Source: an uncultured virus (IMG/VR IMGVR_UViG_3300042564_007246) (Duplodnaviria > Heunggongvirae > Uroviricota > Caudoviricetes). From it: a stretch of 64,000 bases of DNA. Shown one piece after another: positions 29,847-40,017 of the stretch. Every line of letters starts with the position of its first letter. Position 1 is the first letter of the stretch. The DNA is taken from IMG/VR virus record IMGVR_UViG_3300042564_007246. The stretch is one strand, 5' to 3'. The notes below the pieces were generated by a model. The model was not told the DNA's origin. It saw nothing but the letters and a program-made list of their open reading frames with translations, and searched no databases. The translations under genes were made by a program, and so were the position numbers.

Positions 29847-30097
29847 TGAATTATATTAGAAAACTTTTCCAACTCTCTTTCTACACCAGCTCTGATAATA
29901 TATTTATCTATTTCTTCATCTTCCAAGTCTGGAAAGGATGCTGACAACATTGTTTTCAAGATATTGTATTTTGCAGCACTTGAGCCTTTGATAATAACAT
30001 TAATTGAAATCTCTTGGGGTGGATTTCTAAATGCTTCTTCAATTTTTTCTACTATTTCTTGTCTTGGAGCAATGTTCAAATTAAGATTGTGATTCAT
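29843..30097 (-). CDS. Hypothetical protein
   Basis: 84-aa ORF coupled within the operon. Confidence 0.5.
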   Translation of the reverse strand: MNHNLNLNIAPRQEIVEKIEEAFRNPPQEISINVIIKGSSAAKYNILKTMLSASFPDLEDEEIDKYIIRAGVERELEKFSNIIQ

Positions 30098-30707
30098 TGT
30101 ACTTTAGCATCTTTTCTTTTGATTGTTTACCAAAATCTTTCCACACTTTGGTCAAGTTTTTATAGTCTTGCTTTTCAGTGAGAAGTTCAATTTCTTTATA
30201 AACAGATTCTACCCAATTGAAATCTTCATCATTTATATTTACTAATCTTAAGAACTTTTTAGATCTGTCACTAAATGCAATAAGGAAGTTTGTTTCGGAC
30301 AAACCACCAGGAAATTTATTTTCATTTTCTTTATTGAGATAATCATTAATAGTAGACTTAAATTCATTTACCAAATATTTGAAATCTAAATTGGTAGTTT
30401 CAACTTCAATACCAGAATATGAAGAAATTTTCTGGATTGCTTCAATAAAATTCAAGCCTTCAACATTTTGAACTAGTTTGATAATATCCCCAGTAGCACC
30501 ACAGCCAAAACAATTATATCGATTTGATTCTGTGTTCACTCCAAAAGAAGGATTAGAATCATCATGATTTGGCATTGGGCAACAAGTATTTGCCCAATTA
30601 GACATCTTGGAATCAACGAAATCAGAATTGTATTCGTCTTCCATATAGTTAGCAATAGAAACTGTGCTAATTAATGTATCTATGTATTGCCTAGTGATTT
30701 TTTCCAT
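30081..30707 (-). CDS. Stand-alone primase CHC2 zinc-finger protein
   Basis: CCPMPNHDDSNPSF...YNCFGCGATGDIIKLVQNVEGLNFIEAI; start overlaps the dnaB stop (TAATG). Confidence 0.85.
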   Translation of the reverse strand: MEKITRQYIDTLISTVSIANYMEDEYNSDFVDSKMSNWANTCCPMPNHDDSNPSFGVNTESNRYNCFGCGATGDIIKLVQNVEGLNFIEAIQKISSYSGIEVETTNLDFKYLVNEFKSTINDYLNKENENKFPGGLSETNFLIAFSDRSKKFLRLVNINDEDFNWVESVYKEIELLTEKQDYKNLTKVWKDFGKQSKEKMLKYNESQS

Positions 30708-32263
30708 TATGAAAGAACCCAATCTGCAAGGTTGATTTCTTCTTCATCATCATCTTGGACTCTCTCAAATCCAATTTCTTCCACTTCATCTAATTTCTTG
30801 GGATGCAATGGAGTTTTGCCACCAGTAACTTCAGAAGTTGATTTTACAGTGACATTTCCACTAGCTGCAGTATGATAACCCATTATAGTCTCTTGCTCTT
30901 CAGGTGTCATTTCTTCAACTTTGTTATATTCTGGATTCATTCTTACTGGAAAAGGATTGAACCAAGCATCGCGCATTTTAACAGGATGAAATACACAATA
31001 TCCCTTTTCACGATTAGGTTCCATTGCAATAGCATATGTGCAAAGGTGCATTAAGTTTTGTCCACCAGAAGCAGCAGCTTGATCATAAGACATGAATTTA
31101 TTAGCTTCTTTGGACTTTCTAGAATCTCTGATAGTTTCTCTGTTTATCTGTTGTGCTGTGATAATTGGAATGTTGTATCTTTTAGCCATTTTGAATAATT
31201 CTGTAATTGCTTTAGATTGATTTTCCCAGTCTTTTGCACCATTGACAGCATTCCTAACAGTCATGTTACCTATGTAGTCAACAACTAACATATCTGGTTT
31301 GCCTTTAGTAGCAATCAATTCTCTGATTTTTTGATCAATATACTCAGGAGTAGGATCTTCCATGTTTACATCGTATTCAAAATAAGCTCCGGATTTAGAA
31401 TCATTCAACCCATCAACAATAGACTTTAATTCATCTGGAGACAAATTATTATCTTTGAGTTGAGAATATGGAATTTCAAATGACAGAGATATATGCCTTA
31501 ATAGACATAACCAAGAGTTCATTTCAAAAGACATGTAAAGAACATTCTTTTTATTTTTTCTGTGAGCATGAATAGCAGAATTCAAAAGCATTACAGATTT
31601 TCCACCAGAAGAAGGAGCTAAGAAAACTACAATCTGACCTGGTAACCATCCAAATGTCTTAGTATCGATGTTGCTAACACCACATTCAATACCCTTAAAT
31701 AATTCAGGATGATTTATTCTTTTATCATATTCATTTCTGAAAAAATCACCAGATTGAGTGACATCAAATGAATGTCTATCAGCACCAAATTCAGAAAGCT
31801 CTTCTTGAATTTTGTCTAGATTGTCTCTAATGACATTAACTGTTGATTTGATGTCCTGTTGAGTGAAAGAAGCATGACTTTCATCCAACATGTCAGTGAG
31901 GATGTTGTAGCACCTTCGCTCTTTTATCTGAGAAAGAACTTCATGAAAATCATTTTCATTAACTTCTGTATTTTCAATTTCTTCCCAAAGAGTGAGTACT
32001 TTTGCTTTTGATCTTTCTTTCACCTTAGGGTCATTAAGTTTTTGACCCAATACGTATGATGTAAATAAAGATCCACCTGACAATTCATAATACTTAAGGA
32101 TTAAGTCAAAAATGCCTTTGGTGTATGAAACTGTTTCGCTTTCAGCAATATAATTGAAGTGATCTTTAGTAATATTTTTAGACAGCAATTTGTCCATACT
32201 TTTAGCACTTTTAGTGATATGGGCAAGTGCTAAAACTTCTAAATCATAGTGTTCTTGACTCAT
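30707..32263 (-). CDS. dnaB: DnaB-like replicative helicase
   Basis: Walker A APSSGGKS, SFEM, VVDY and IPIITAQQINR. Confidence 0.9.
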   Translation of the reverse strand: MSQEHYDLEVLALAHITKSAKSMDKLLSKNITKDHFNYIAESETVSYTKGIFDLILKYYELSGGSLFTSYVLGQKLNDPKVKERSKAKVLTLWEEIENTEVNENDFHEVLSQIKERRCYNILTDMLDESHASFTQQDIKSTVNVIRDNLDKIQEELSEFGADRHSFDVTQSGDFFRNEYDKRINHPELFKGIECGVSNIDTKTFGWLPGQIVVFLAPSSGGKSVMLLNSAIHAHRKNKKNVLYMSFEMNSWLCLLRHISLSFEIPYSQLKDNNLSPDELKSIVDGLNDSKSGAYFEYDVNMEDPTPEYIDQKIRELIATKGKPDMLVVDYIGNMTVRNAVNGAKDWENQSKAITELFKMAKRYNIPIITAQQINRETIRDSRKSKEANKFMSYDQAAASGGQNLMHLCTYAIAMEPNREKGYCVFHPVKMRDAWFNPFPVRMNPEYNKVEEMTPEEQETIMGYHTAASGNVTVKSTSEVTGGKTPLHPKKLDEVEEIGFERVQDDDEEEINLADWVLS

Positions 32264-32266
32264 CTT

Positions 32267-33073
32267 TTACCTTACTGTCTGTGGTAATCGTATGTGAAGG
32301 CAATTCTTAATTAATGAATTCCAACCACTACCACCATTATAATTGAGTATATTTCCAAATGTCATTATAATGGATGGTTTGCCAGAATTCAATCTAGCTT
32401 TGGAAACTCTATCCAGCTGTGGAATTATTTGAGGAGGCATATATTGGTATATCTCCACCCCATCAATAGCAATAAAATCTAAATGCTTAAATTCTTCTAG
32501 TAAAGTATCTGCTTCTGATTTTTTGTCAAAATCAGACAATGTTTGAATCATATCAGCCCAATCATAATATTTAGCAGTGAGACCTTGCCTTATTGCAGAT
32601 TGAACCAAAACACTAGCGATAAATGTCTTGCCAGAGCCATAACTTCCCTCAAACATCATAGAATGAAGATTGTTCCTGATGTTACCTGTGTGAGTGATCT
32701 TTATATTGACCCCATTGCAGATTTTATATAAATTTTTATCATAAAACTTCAACAATGAATAAACCATCTCACTTATTTTTTGTTGAGGACCAAGATCATT
32801 ACCCAACGAGTCAGTGCGAGTGTTCCAATCATCTGAAGTTTTTTTATAAAAAAGTGAAGGCACATTTGCTCTTTGAAACAACTCAAGAAAAAACTTTTCC
32901 TTGGTACAAGTGCACATGACAGCTTTGCCTTGATAGTTTGTTGTGTAACCATTGTAGTCACACACAAAGCAGCCTTTGCCTTCTTTCATTCTTGCTAGCT
33001 TAGCATGATGCTTCATATCATCAACAGTAATTTTCAATCCTATTAAATCTTCAAAGATATCACTGTCGCTCAT
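32267..33073 (-). CDS. DnaC/DnaI-like helicase loader
   Basis: CxxC...CxC zinc motif, Walker A GSYGSGKT, DFIAIDG; immediately upstream of dnaB. Confidence 0.8.
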   Translation of the reverse strand: MSDSDIFEDLIGLKITVDDMKHHAKLARMKEGKGCFVCDYNGYTTNYQGKAVMCTCTKEKFFLELFQRANVPSLFYKKTSDDWNTRTDSLGNDLGPQQKISEMVYSLLKFYDKNLYKICNGVNIKITHTGNIRNNLHSMMFEGSYGSGKTFIASVLVQSAIRQGLTAKYYDWADMIQTLSDFDKKSEADTLLEEFKHLDFIAIDGVEIYQYMPPQIIPQLDRVSKARLNSGKPSIIMTFGNILNYNGGSGWNSLIKNCLHIRLPQTVR

Positions 33074-34686
33074 TATAAATCTTCCTCTTTAAAATCTGGC
33101 ATGTTGTATTTTACATCATTACAAGAAGCATTTCTAGCACGATCTGAAGCCCATTTTCTTAAAGCTTCAATATCTTCTTTCATGAGCTTGGAAATGGGAA
33201 CTGTATTCTCCAGAGATAAAAGAATATCATTTGTTGTGATTTCTCTTTTGTTGTCGCTAAATGCTTCATACAATGCAGATTCTATAGAGGATTCAATTTC
33301 AGCACCAGTATAAAATTGAGATTCTTTTGCCAGTGTAGATAAGTTAAATTTGTCAATATTTCTTCCACGTTTTTCAATGTGGATTTCAAATATTTTTTTT
33401 CTTTCTGTGAGATTTGGAAGATCAACAAAAAATATTTCATCAAATCTGCCTTTTCTCAATAATTCTGGCGGTAGGTTTGAAACATCATTAGCTGTTGCAA
33501 TGACAAAAACTGGCGCTGTTCTTTCTTGCATCCAAGTGAGCCAAGAACCCAAAACTCTTGAAGTTGTTCCACCATCAGTAGATCCAGAAGATCTGGTGCC
33601 TGACATTCCTTTGTCGATTTCATCACACCATAATATGCAGGGAGCAACTGATTCTGCTACTCTAAATACCTGCCTCATATTATTTTCAGATGAACCTACC
33701 AGACCTGAAAATACTTTTCCCATATCTAATCTTAGCAATGGAAAATTCCAATAAGAAGATACAGCTTTAGCAAATAAAGATTTTCCAGCACCCTGAATAC
33801 CTACAAGTAAAATACCTTTTGGACTTGAAGGAAGCCCATAATCCACTGCATCTTGTGAAAAAGCATTTTGTCTCTTGTAAAGCCAAGTTTTCAAGCCATC
33901 AAGACCACCAATTTTATCTAGATTTGTCTCTGGGTCAATCCAATCTAGCAAACCTGATTTCCTGATAATATCTTTCTTTTGCTGGGAAATAGCCTCATTA
34001 GAAAGTTCTGAATGTTTTATCATGCAATATGCACACACTTGTTCACATTCAGATAGTGTAAGACCACGAAATGAATTAACAATTGAATCTAATTCATCTT
34101 CAGTGTATTGAGTCTTGAATTTATCTGCAAGATTTTTTCTTTGGGATGCTCTTTTTAGCAAATCACCAATCTTTATTTTTATTTCAGATTTGCTAGGTAA
34201 TGGATAATCAAGAACAGGAAGAAATTTTTCCAATTCTGAAGGTATTTCTAATGAATTGGAAATGATAACAAGAGTTTTATTTTCAGTAATAAATTGCTGA
34301 GAAAGATTCTTGATTTGCCTTATAATTCTTAATTCAATCTGATTCTTATAGTTATTGGAACCAAAAAATTTATTAAAATCTTTTACCACTAAAATTGCAT
34401 ATTTATTTTTTGGTACAACAAGATCTTTGAACCAAGTAAGAATTTCATCTTGATCTAGAATTCTTTCGTTTGGTTTTACAGGTAGAAATTCAGGATATGA
34501 AGAGTGTAAGCCAGATACTATATCCCATTGTAATAAATCCCAAGAAGGACTTGCATTTGAACATAATTCGTCAATTGCATCAACAACTCTGTTTTCTTCT
34601 TGGGTGACAAGATAAATGATAGGTCTTTTTGATCTGATCAATAAATCAAGTTCTTTAATTATTTCTTGGGAATCTAGTATATTCAT
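33073..34686 (-). CDS. AAA+ ATPase (Ycf46-like)
   Basis: Degenerate N-terminal AAA domain; GIQGAGKS, LWCDEIDK and PELLRKGRFDEIFFVDLP. Confidence 0.85.
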   Translation of the reverse strand: MNILDSQEIIKELDLLIRSKRPIIYLVTQEENRVVDAIDELCSNASPSWDLLQWDIVSGLHSSYPEFLPVKPNERILDQDEILTWFKDLVVPKNKYAILVVKDFNKFFGSNNYKNQIELRIIRQIKNLSQQFITENKTLVIISNSLEIPSELEKFLPVLDYPLPSKSEIKIKIGDLLKRASQRKNLADKFKTQYTEDELDSIVNSFRGLTLSECEQVCAYCMIKHSELSNEAISQQKKDIIRKSGLLDWIDPETNLDKIGGLDGLKTWLYKRQNAFSQDAVDYGLPSSPKGILLVGIQGAGKSLFAKAVSSYWNFPLLRLDMGKVFSGLVGSSENNMRQVFRVAESVAPCILWCDEIDKGMSGTRSSGSTDGGTTSRVLGSWLTWMQERTAPVFVIATANDVSNLPPELLRKGRFDEIFFVDLPNLTERKKIFEIHIEKRGRNIDKFNLSTLAKESQFYTGAEIESSIESALYEAFSDNKREITTNDILLSLENTVPISKLMKEDIEALRKWASDRARNASCNDVKYNMPDFKEEDL

Positions 34687-35516
34687 TTTAAAAATTTATC
34701 GTATTTAAACCGTGGCTCTCCTGGGTAATCTTCTTCTCGCCACCATGATTCTTTGCTAAACTTCTTTGCTAAAAAAAACAAATCTCTCCAATTTAGCAAA
34801 GCAAATTCTGGTATGTAAGGAGATCGAGATATTGATTTTTGAAATATATCAGACAATATCTTTTTCTCTTCAACAGTTCCAGACTCAAATTTAGTAAACA
34901 ACTTAGATAATCCAGCAACTACATTGTCATAAGATATATCTTTTTGATGAATAAAATAAGTGGCAGCAATAGGAATACCGTATTTTGCAAGAATTTCTTT
35001 TGATCTACCTTTATCATCCATGTCCTTAACTTCATTAAAAATATCAATCAAGCTAATATTAGCACTGGTAAGAACAACATCTTGGTAGAATTTATTCAAG
35101 AACTTTCGTAGATTCATCAGTAAAAATGAACCTACTGACTGTAGTAAAACAGAGTTATTCAAGAAGCACCAATCAATAAACTTTTTGGTCCATATTTGTT
35201 TGGGTAATTGATTTTCTTCCATGAAATCAAATATTTCATTAATAAGTTTGTTGTCAGAAATATATGTTATTTTGTATTTGCCTTTGAAAATTTTATAATA
35301 TTCTTCTGCAAAATAATCGACAAAATTCTTACTGGACCAATTTTCTATAGAATCAGGCAAAGTCTTATCGTTCTTCTCAACCAAAGTAGTTTTCTTTCTC
35401 CGTTTGTTGGCAGCAAAAGGATTAGAAAGTTCAGATTGTGAAGGTACAGGTTTAGAATAAATTGACGTGACCATTTCTACTGTGCTATCCGTTTTTTTAA
35501 GACTCATTTTAACCAT
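34683..35516 (-). CDS. Hypothetical protein
   Basis: 277-aa ORF coupled within the replication operon. Confidence 0.55.
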   Translation of the reverse strand: MVKMSLKKTDSTVEMVTSIYSKPVPSQSELSNPFAANKRRKKTTLVEKNDKTLPDSIENWSSKNFVDYFAEEYYKIFKGKYKITYISDNKLINEIFDFMEENQLPKQIWTKKFIDWCFLNNSVLLQSVGSFLLMNLRKFLNKFYQDVVLTSANISLIDIFNEVKDMDDKGRSKEILAKYGIPIAATYFIHQKDISYDNVVAGLSKLFTKFESGTVEEKKILSDIFQKSISRSPYIPEFALLNWRDLFFLAKKFSKESWWREEDYPGEPRFKYDKFLK

Positions 35517-36210
35517 CTATTAGAGATTTTTGTTCTTCTTGGATTACATCATATGTTACAGGTGTCATGTTTGCAATACCGTCTTTTTTTGTAACCCTTA
35601 TTATCTTGTTTGCTATTTTTCCAAAGATCTCTTGTCTATGAGTATTAAGAATTAATTGCAAATCATTTTCTTCGACATGGTATTTGATAAACTCAATTAG
35701 ATTTTCCATTTTGCTATCTGCAGATACAGCAGACCATGATTCATCCAAAATGATAAATGCATCATGCTTCTTCATTTTAAGAAATGCTAATCTGGTCAAA
35801 GCACTTGCCACTTCAAGCAATCCACCACCACGGTCATCTATTCCAGTGACTAATTCTTCACCATTTGAATTGGAAACAATTTCAAAACTGATATTGAAAC
35901 CAGATTTTTGTCCTTGTTCTCTTTGCTCTTCATGCTTGTTGAATTGAACACGATAATCGTCTCCGTAAATAAACTTAACACCTAAAGTTACAATACTTTC
36001 AATTGTATCAATAGCTGAATCGCGAATTTCTGTTGCTTTTGAAATCATCATCACTTCAGCCTTTTGAGTATAAGTTTTATCTAGTTTAAGCTTTTCAAGT
36101 TGAGTGTTTAATAAATTTAATCTATCAACATCATTTTTTTTCTGTTTTTCAAGATACTCTAAATGTCTGTCGATTTTGTCGTACTTTTGTTTAAGATCTT
36201 TCAGTGTCAT
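35509..36210 (-). CDS. Rad50/SbcC C-terminal half
   Basis: Coiled coil, signature-like RGGG, Walker B IILDES and H-loop NTH. Confidence 0.8.
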   Translation of the reverse strand: MTLKDLKQKYDKIDRHLEYLEKQKKNDVDRLNLLNTQLEKLKLDKTYTQKAEVMMISKATEIRDSAIDTIESIVTLGVKFIYGDDYRVQFNKHEEQREQGQKSGFNISFEIVSNSNGEELVTGIDDRGGGLLEVASALTRLAFLKMKKHDAFIILDESWSAVSADSKMENLIEFIKYHVEENDLQLILNTHRQEIFGKIANKIIRVTKKDGIANMTPVTYDVIQEEQKSLIDG

Positions 36211-36464
36211 TCTGCGTTTTTTATCTCGCTAAGAATTTGTTCTGCTTCGCCTAATTTTTCAACAAGAGTTTGATCAGTAGAGTCATATAAACTCTGGAGC
36301 TTGTTTACTCCAATCCCATATTTTGTTTTAACCTCTGTAGATGTATTTTTGAAATCTGTGAGAAGAACTTCAAGTTCTTTTTCTTTAATATCTTTAACAG
36401 TTTCAGCTCGTGTGATTTCATCTCGCAAAGCTTTTATTCGTTTTGTGTAATCTGCGATATCCAT
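36207..36464 (-). CDS. Small coiled-coil protein
   Basis: 85 aa, heptad-rich, between the Mre11-like gene and Rad50-C. Confidence 0.55.
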   Translation of the reverse strand: MDIADYTKRIKALRDEITRAETVKDIKEKELEVLLTDFKNTSTEVKTKYGIGVNKLQSLYDSTDQTLVEKLGEAEQILSEIKNAE

Positions 36465-37451
36465 TTATGCCTCTGTCTTTTTAGTGTTGTTGTTGAACTT
36501 TATCATAGCATTTACAGCAATTTCAATTACTTCTTCTTCAACATCTCTCGCCTTTGCAAAATCTTTAATCGCTTCAATTTTGTCTTCCAAAGTTGTGTAA
36601 GACCATGTACCAGATTGAAATGATGCAGTTTGCTTTACAAATTCCTTAAGTTCTTGCTTTACAGCTTTCTCTTCTTTGATTTCTTCCAATCTGAAAACTT
36701 GCTCTGCTGGCAAGGCAGTTTTCAAAGGAATATATTCAATATTGTATGTATTTCCATCCAAATCGTATTCCATCAATACAACATAGATATCTCTTTCCAA
36801 ATTGTCTTTTTTAGCAGATGTTCTTCCTACAGCCCCTGGATTGATGAACATTCTGCCATCACTTCTTTCCTGGGACATAGGTGTATGAATATGACCAGCA
36901 AACACAACTTGGGTATTAGGATGAAGTGGTAAATCCTTAAACATCGTGACTCGATACATACTGTTAGGCTTGTCTGATATAGCAGCATGACATGCCCAAA
37001 TAACTGCAGGTTGAGTGGTCAAGAATCCATTTTCAAGACTCTCCTCAATATCTGGAATAAAATGAGCAAATGCTACGCTAAATTCAGCACAGTAATCCAT
37101 TTTTTCAATGACATTTGCTTCAATCAAAGATCCTAAATCAGATTCCATGAGTGGATATGAACTTTCGATATCATGATTGCCCACAACAACGAATTTTCTG
37201 AATGACCATGGTTCTCCATTTTTTTGACTATGCAAATGTTTGATCAGAGTGTTTCTTGTTTTTGGTCCTGATAGCCTGTGGTCAAAAATATCGCCTAAAT
37301 ATATAACATAATCAACTTTATTAGCTTCCGCTATCTCTAAGGTTTCTAGAAATTTATTTGTCGATGTGAGCCAATATTCATCAATTCTATTGGCTGGATT
37401 TTTGTCTTTGCAATGGTTGTCACCCACAACAAGTGTTTTGATTTTTTTCAA
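36465..37451 (-). CDS. sbcD: Mre11/SbcD-like metallophosphoesterase nuclease
   Basis: GDNH, GDIFD, GNHD, GHIH and NPGAVGR. Confidence 0.88.
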   Translation of the reverse strand: MKKIKTLVVGDNHCKDKNPANRIDEYWLTSTNKFLETLEIAEANKVDYVIYLGDIFDHRLSGPKTRNTLIKHLHSQKNGEPWSFRKFVVVGNHDIESSYPLMESDLGSLIEANVIEKMDYCAEFSVAFAHFIPDIEESLENGFLTTQPAVIWACHAAISDKPNSMYRVTMFKDLPLHPNTQVVFAGHIHTPMSQERSDGRMFINPGAVGRTSAKKDNLERDIYVVLMEYDLDGNTYNIEYIPLKTALPAEQVFRLEEIKEEKAVKQELKEFVKQTASFQSGTWSYTTLEDKIEAIKDFAKARDVEEEVIEIAVNAMIKFNNNTKKTEA

Positions 37452-38611
37452 ATTAATTCACCACCAAATTTGTTACAAATATCGCAAACAATCTTTTCAT
37501 CAATCAAGATAGTTTTGATTCTCTCATACTCTTGCTTATCAGTATCAATCTTGCTAGCTAAATTTGAAATTTCATTATTTTTAGTGTCAATCAAAGTTTT
37601 CTGGTCAGAAAAAAAATCAATAAACTTTTTCAAATCATTCAATTTATTTTTCAATGATTCAATGTCAGAAATTGATTGCACGAAGTTGTCATCACAAATG
37701 GCTGTAGCTTTTGAGATTTCAGTTTCAAGAGCTGCTTTATTATTGTTGTATTTATTTACTATTTTTATATATGCAGATAGATTTTTAAATTTATCTTCTA
37801 AAGTTTCCAAATCATTCAAATGATCAGACACGGAGTTTATTATTTTGTCACATTCGCCAATGGTGTTAGAAATTTCACGATTAGAATCTTTTAATCTTTG
37901 AAGTTTATCTATATATTCAGAAATCTGTTTGCAATCTTGCTCAATCAAAGTGCAATTATTTAAAAGTTCTTCAAGATTTATTTTGTGAAGTAAATCATTT
38001 TCTAAATCAGCGTATTTTTCATCAATCTCAGATTTAAGCTGATCATAATCTTTGGATTTTGATTTAAAAGATTTTTCAATTGTATGCACTTCAGATCCAA
38101 GATTTTTACCCACTTCTTCAAGATCTCCAATATTGAGAAGTTGAGATAAAGTTTTGGGCATAGATTGTGATGTCTGATCAATCAAAAATAATTTCTTCGA
38201 TTGTTTGGCATAATACAAGGCTTTGTTTTCTTCATCTTTTGGTAAGTTCAGAAGAAAAGTATTTACAGCCTCAGGGTATTTTGTGCTAAAGTTTGAATAC
38301 ACAGTGAAGTTTTCATCTTCAGGATGTTTGAATTCAACTTTATTTACACTGTCGCCCTTGGAACGTGATATCACTCTGCCATCAGAAAATTCAACTGTTA
38401 CTTTAGCAAACTTAGCCTTTGTTAGTTTATTAACGTAGGATGTGCCTGAAGACATATTGTCAAGAACAAACATCAACGCTCTGACAAAAGCTGTTTTTCC
38501 ACTGTCTGAAGTGCCAGTGATAATATTCGTACCAGGCTCAAGAGTGACAAATGTATCTTTGTGATTGGCAAAGTTTTCTATCCTGACGCTTTTTATATGA
38601 TTTCCATTCAT
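37448..38611 (-). CDS. Rad50/SbcC N-terminal half
   Basis: IENFANH, Walker A GTSDSGKT, Q-loop and coiled coil; ends at zinc-hook-like CDIC. Confidence 0.85.
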   Translation of the reverse strand: MNGNHIKSVRIENFANHKDTFVTLEPGTNIITGTSDSGKTAFVRALMFVLDNMSSGTSYVNKLTKAKFAKVTVEFSDGRVISRSKGDSVNKVEFKHPEDENFTVYSNFSTKYPEAVNTFLLNLPKDEENKALYYAKQSKKLFLIDQTSQSMPKTLSQLLNIGDLEEVGKNLGSEVHTIEKSFKSKSKDYDQLKSEIDEKYADLENDLLHKINLEELLNNCTLIEQDCKQISEYIDKLQRLKDSNREISNTIGECDKIINSVSDHLNDLETLEDKFKNLSAYIKIVNKYNNNKAALETEISKATAICDDNFVQSISDIESLKNKLNDLKKFIDFFSDQKTLIDTKNNEISNLASKIDTDKQEYERIKTILIDEKIVCDICNKFGGELI

Positions 38612-39096
38612 TTCATCATAATACTATCCAATAAATCAGGAAAATGCAATTCTATAAATTCATCCTTGACTAAAGAAAGTACATCATTTATTTCGTTGAG
38701 TTTTGGAATATAAATTTTATTTATTTGAGCTTCTTCAATGATTATTAGCCCTCGCATTGAGCAACATTTTGATTGTTTTTGGTCAATAAAAATTCTATTA
38801 CACGATGCACATGTAAATTTGCATTTTGAATACAAGGGTATTGCTATTTGCGATTCCGTATTTATATCATGAGATGCAAATGATAAATATGTTGAAGAAT
38901 GATAATCTTTATTGTAATGACATGTTTTCTTAATAATCTTACCTTCAGTTTCAATTTCAATAATCTTTTTTTGTTTTATTTTATAATTATCACTGAAGGC
39001 AAATTTGTTGTCTGAAATTTTATATGGTTCTGCCACTTTTACCATAATTTCATTTTTGAATTTGGTGAATCTATATAAATGAGAAGGGGTATTCAT
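38608..39096 (-). CDS. Hypothetical Cys-containing protein
   Basis: CASC...CC motif; start uncertain (39096 or 39045). Confidence 0.45.
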   Translation of the reverse strand: MNTPSHLYRFTKFKNEIMVKVAEPYKISDNKFAFSDNYKIKQKKIIEIETEGKIIKKTCHYNKDYHSSTYLSFASHDINTESQIAIPLYSKCKFTCASCNRIFIDQKQSKCCSMRGLIIIEEAQINKIYIPKLNEINDVLSLVKDEFIELHFPDLLDSIMMK

Positions 39097-39097
39097 A

Positions 39098-39292
39098 ATG
39101 AAAATACTTATTGATAAAGATATGTTATTGATGGATTTATACGAATTAAGAAAACATATTATGGAGGCAGCATTAATTTCTGATGATGCAAAAGAAGCAA
39201 AAGACAAGCTTGATAAAGTTGTTCAAATGATACAAACTTATCCTGATGCAGAAGTTACTTCATCATTCCCAAAAACGAGGCTAAAAAGATGA
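39098..39292 (+). CDS. Hypothetical protein
   Basis: AAGGGG SD; coupled to the next ORF by ATGA overlap. Confidence 0.55.
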   Translation: MKILIDKDMLLMDLYELRKHIMEAALISDDAKEAKDKLDKVVQMIQTYPDAEVTSSFPKTRLKR

Positions 39293-39531
39293 CACAGGCT
39301 CAATTAGATAAAATAATGGAGTTAGCTGAAAATGGCGAAATCTCTATAACAGAAATTGGAAAAATCTGCGGGGCTCTTTTAGAATCCAATAGTAGACATT
39401 TTAAAGAGATAAAATCTAAAATGAAATCTTTGGAAGAACAATTATCCAGTGTAGAAGAAAAGCTGGATATGATTATTGAAAATCAAAGTCCAGCTTTTGG
39501 AATTATTGTTGAGGATGACGAGGAAGACTAA
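39289..39531 (+). CDS. Hypothetical coiled-coil protein
   Basis: 80-aa ORF with acidic tail. Confidence 0.55.
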   Translation: MTQAQLDKIMELAENGEISITEIGKICGALLESNSRHFKEIKSKMKSLEEQLSSVEEKLDMIIENQSPAFGIIVEDDEED

Positions 39532-40004
39532 TCTTCCTCGTTTGCTTTTGTGTCTGCTAAATTTACTTCAATTCTGAATCTTTGATCAGTTTCGTAGCTT
39601 GCAAAAATACCAGTGCTTACTTGATAAACTTGGGTGCTGCCAGTGTATGGACATGTGATTGTGTAGTTCCCTTCATCATCAATAACCATTTCACCAAGTT
39701 CAAGCTTGTTTCTACTTTTTACATTCTTTTCAGCATCAGAAGTAGTGTCGTAATCAATATCAATTACTCCTAATGCTCGCTCACCCTCACTTGTAAGATC
39801 ATCATCATCAAAATCGTCCAATAAATCAATATCATCAATTGGAACTTCAATTTCAACTAGCTGTCCATCTTTTTCAACTGTCACTTTATGAAATTGAAAA
39901 TTGTGCAAACTGCCACTAATCTCATTGATTTCACTAAATGCAGATTCTGTTTGTGCTAATGCAGTGGCAGCATCAGCAATTGTTCCACTTACTTTTCTTT
40001 CCAT
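39528..40004 (-). CDS. Acidic hypothetical protein
   Basis: AAGGA SD; degenerate zinc-ribbon-like CPYTGS near the C-terminus. Confidence 0.55.
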   Translation of the reverse strand: MERKVSGTIADAATALAQTESAFSEINEISGSLHNFQFHKVTVEKDGQLVEIEVPIDDIDLLDDFDDDDLTSEGERALGVIDIDYDTTSDAEKNVKSRNKLELGEMVIDDEGNYTITCPYTGSTQVYQVSTGIFASYETDQRFRIEVNLADTKANEED

Positions 40005-40017
40005 AGGTGTATCCTTT

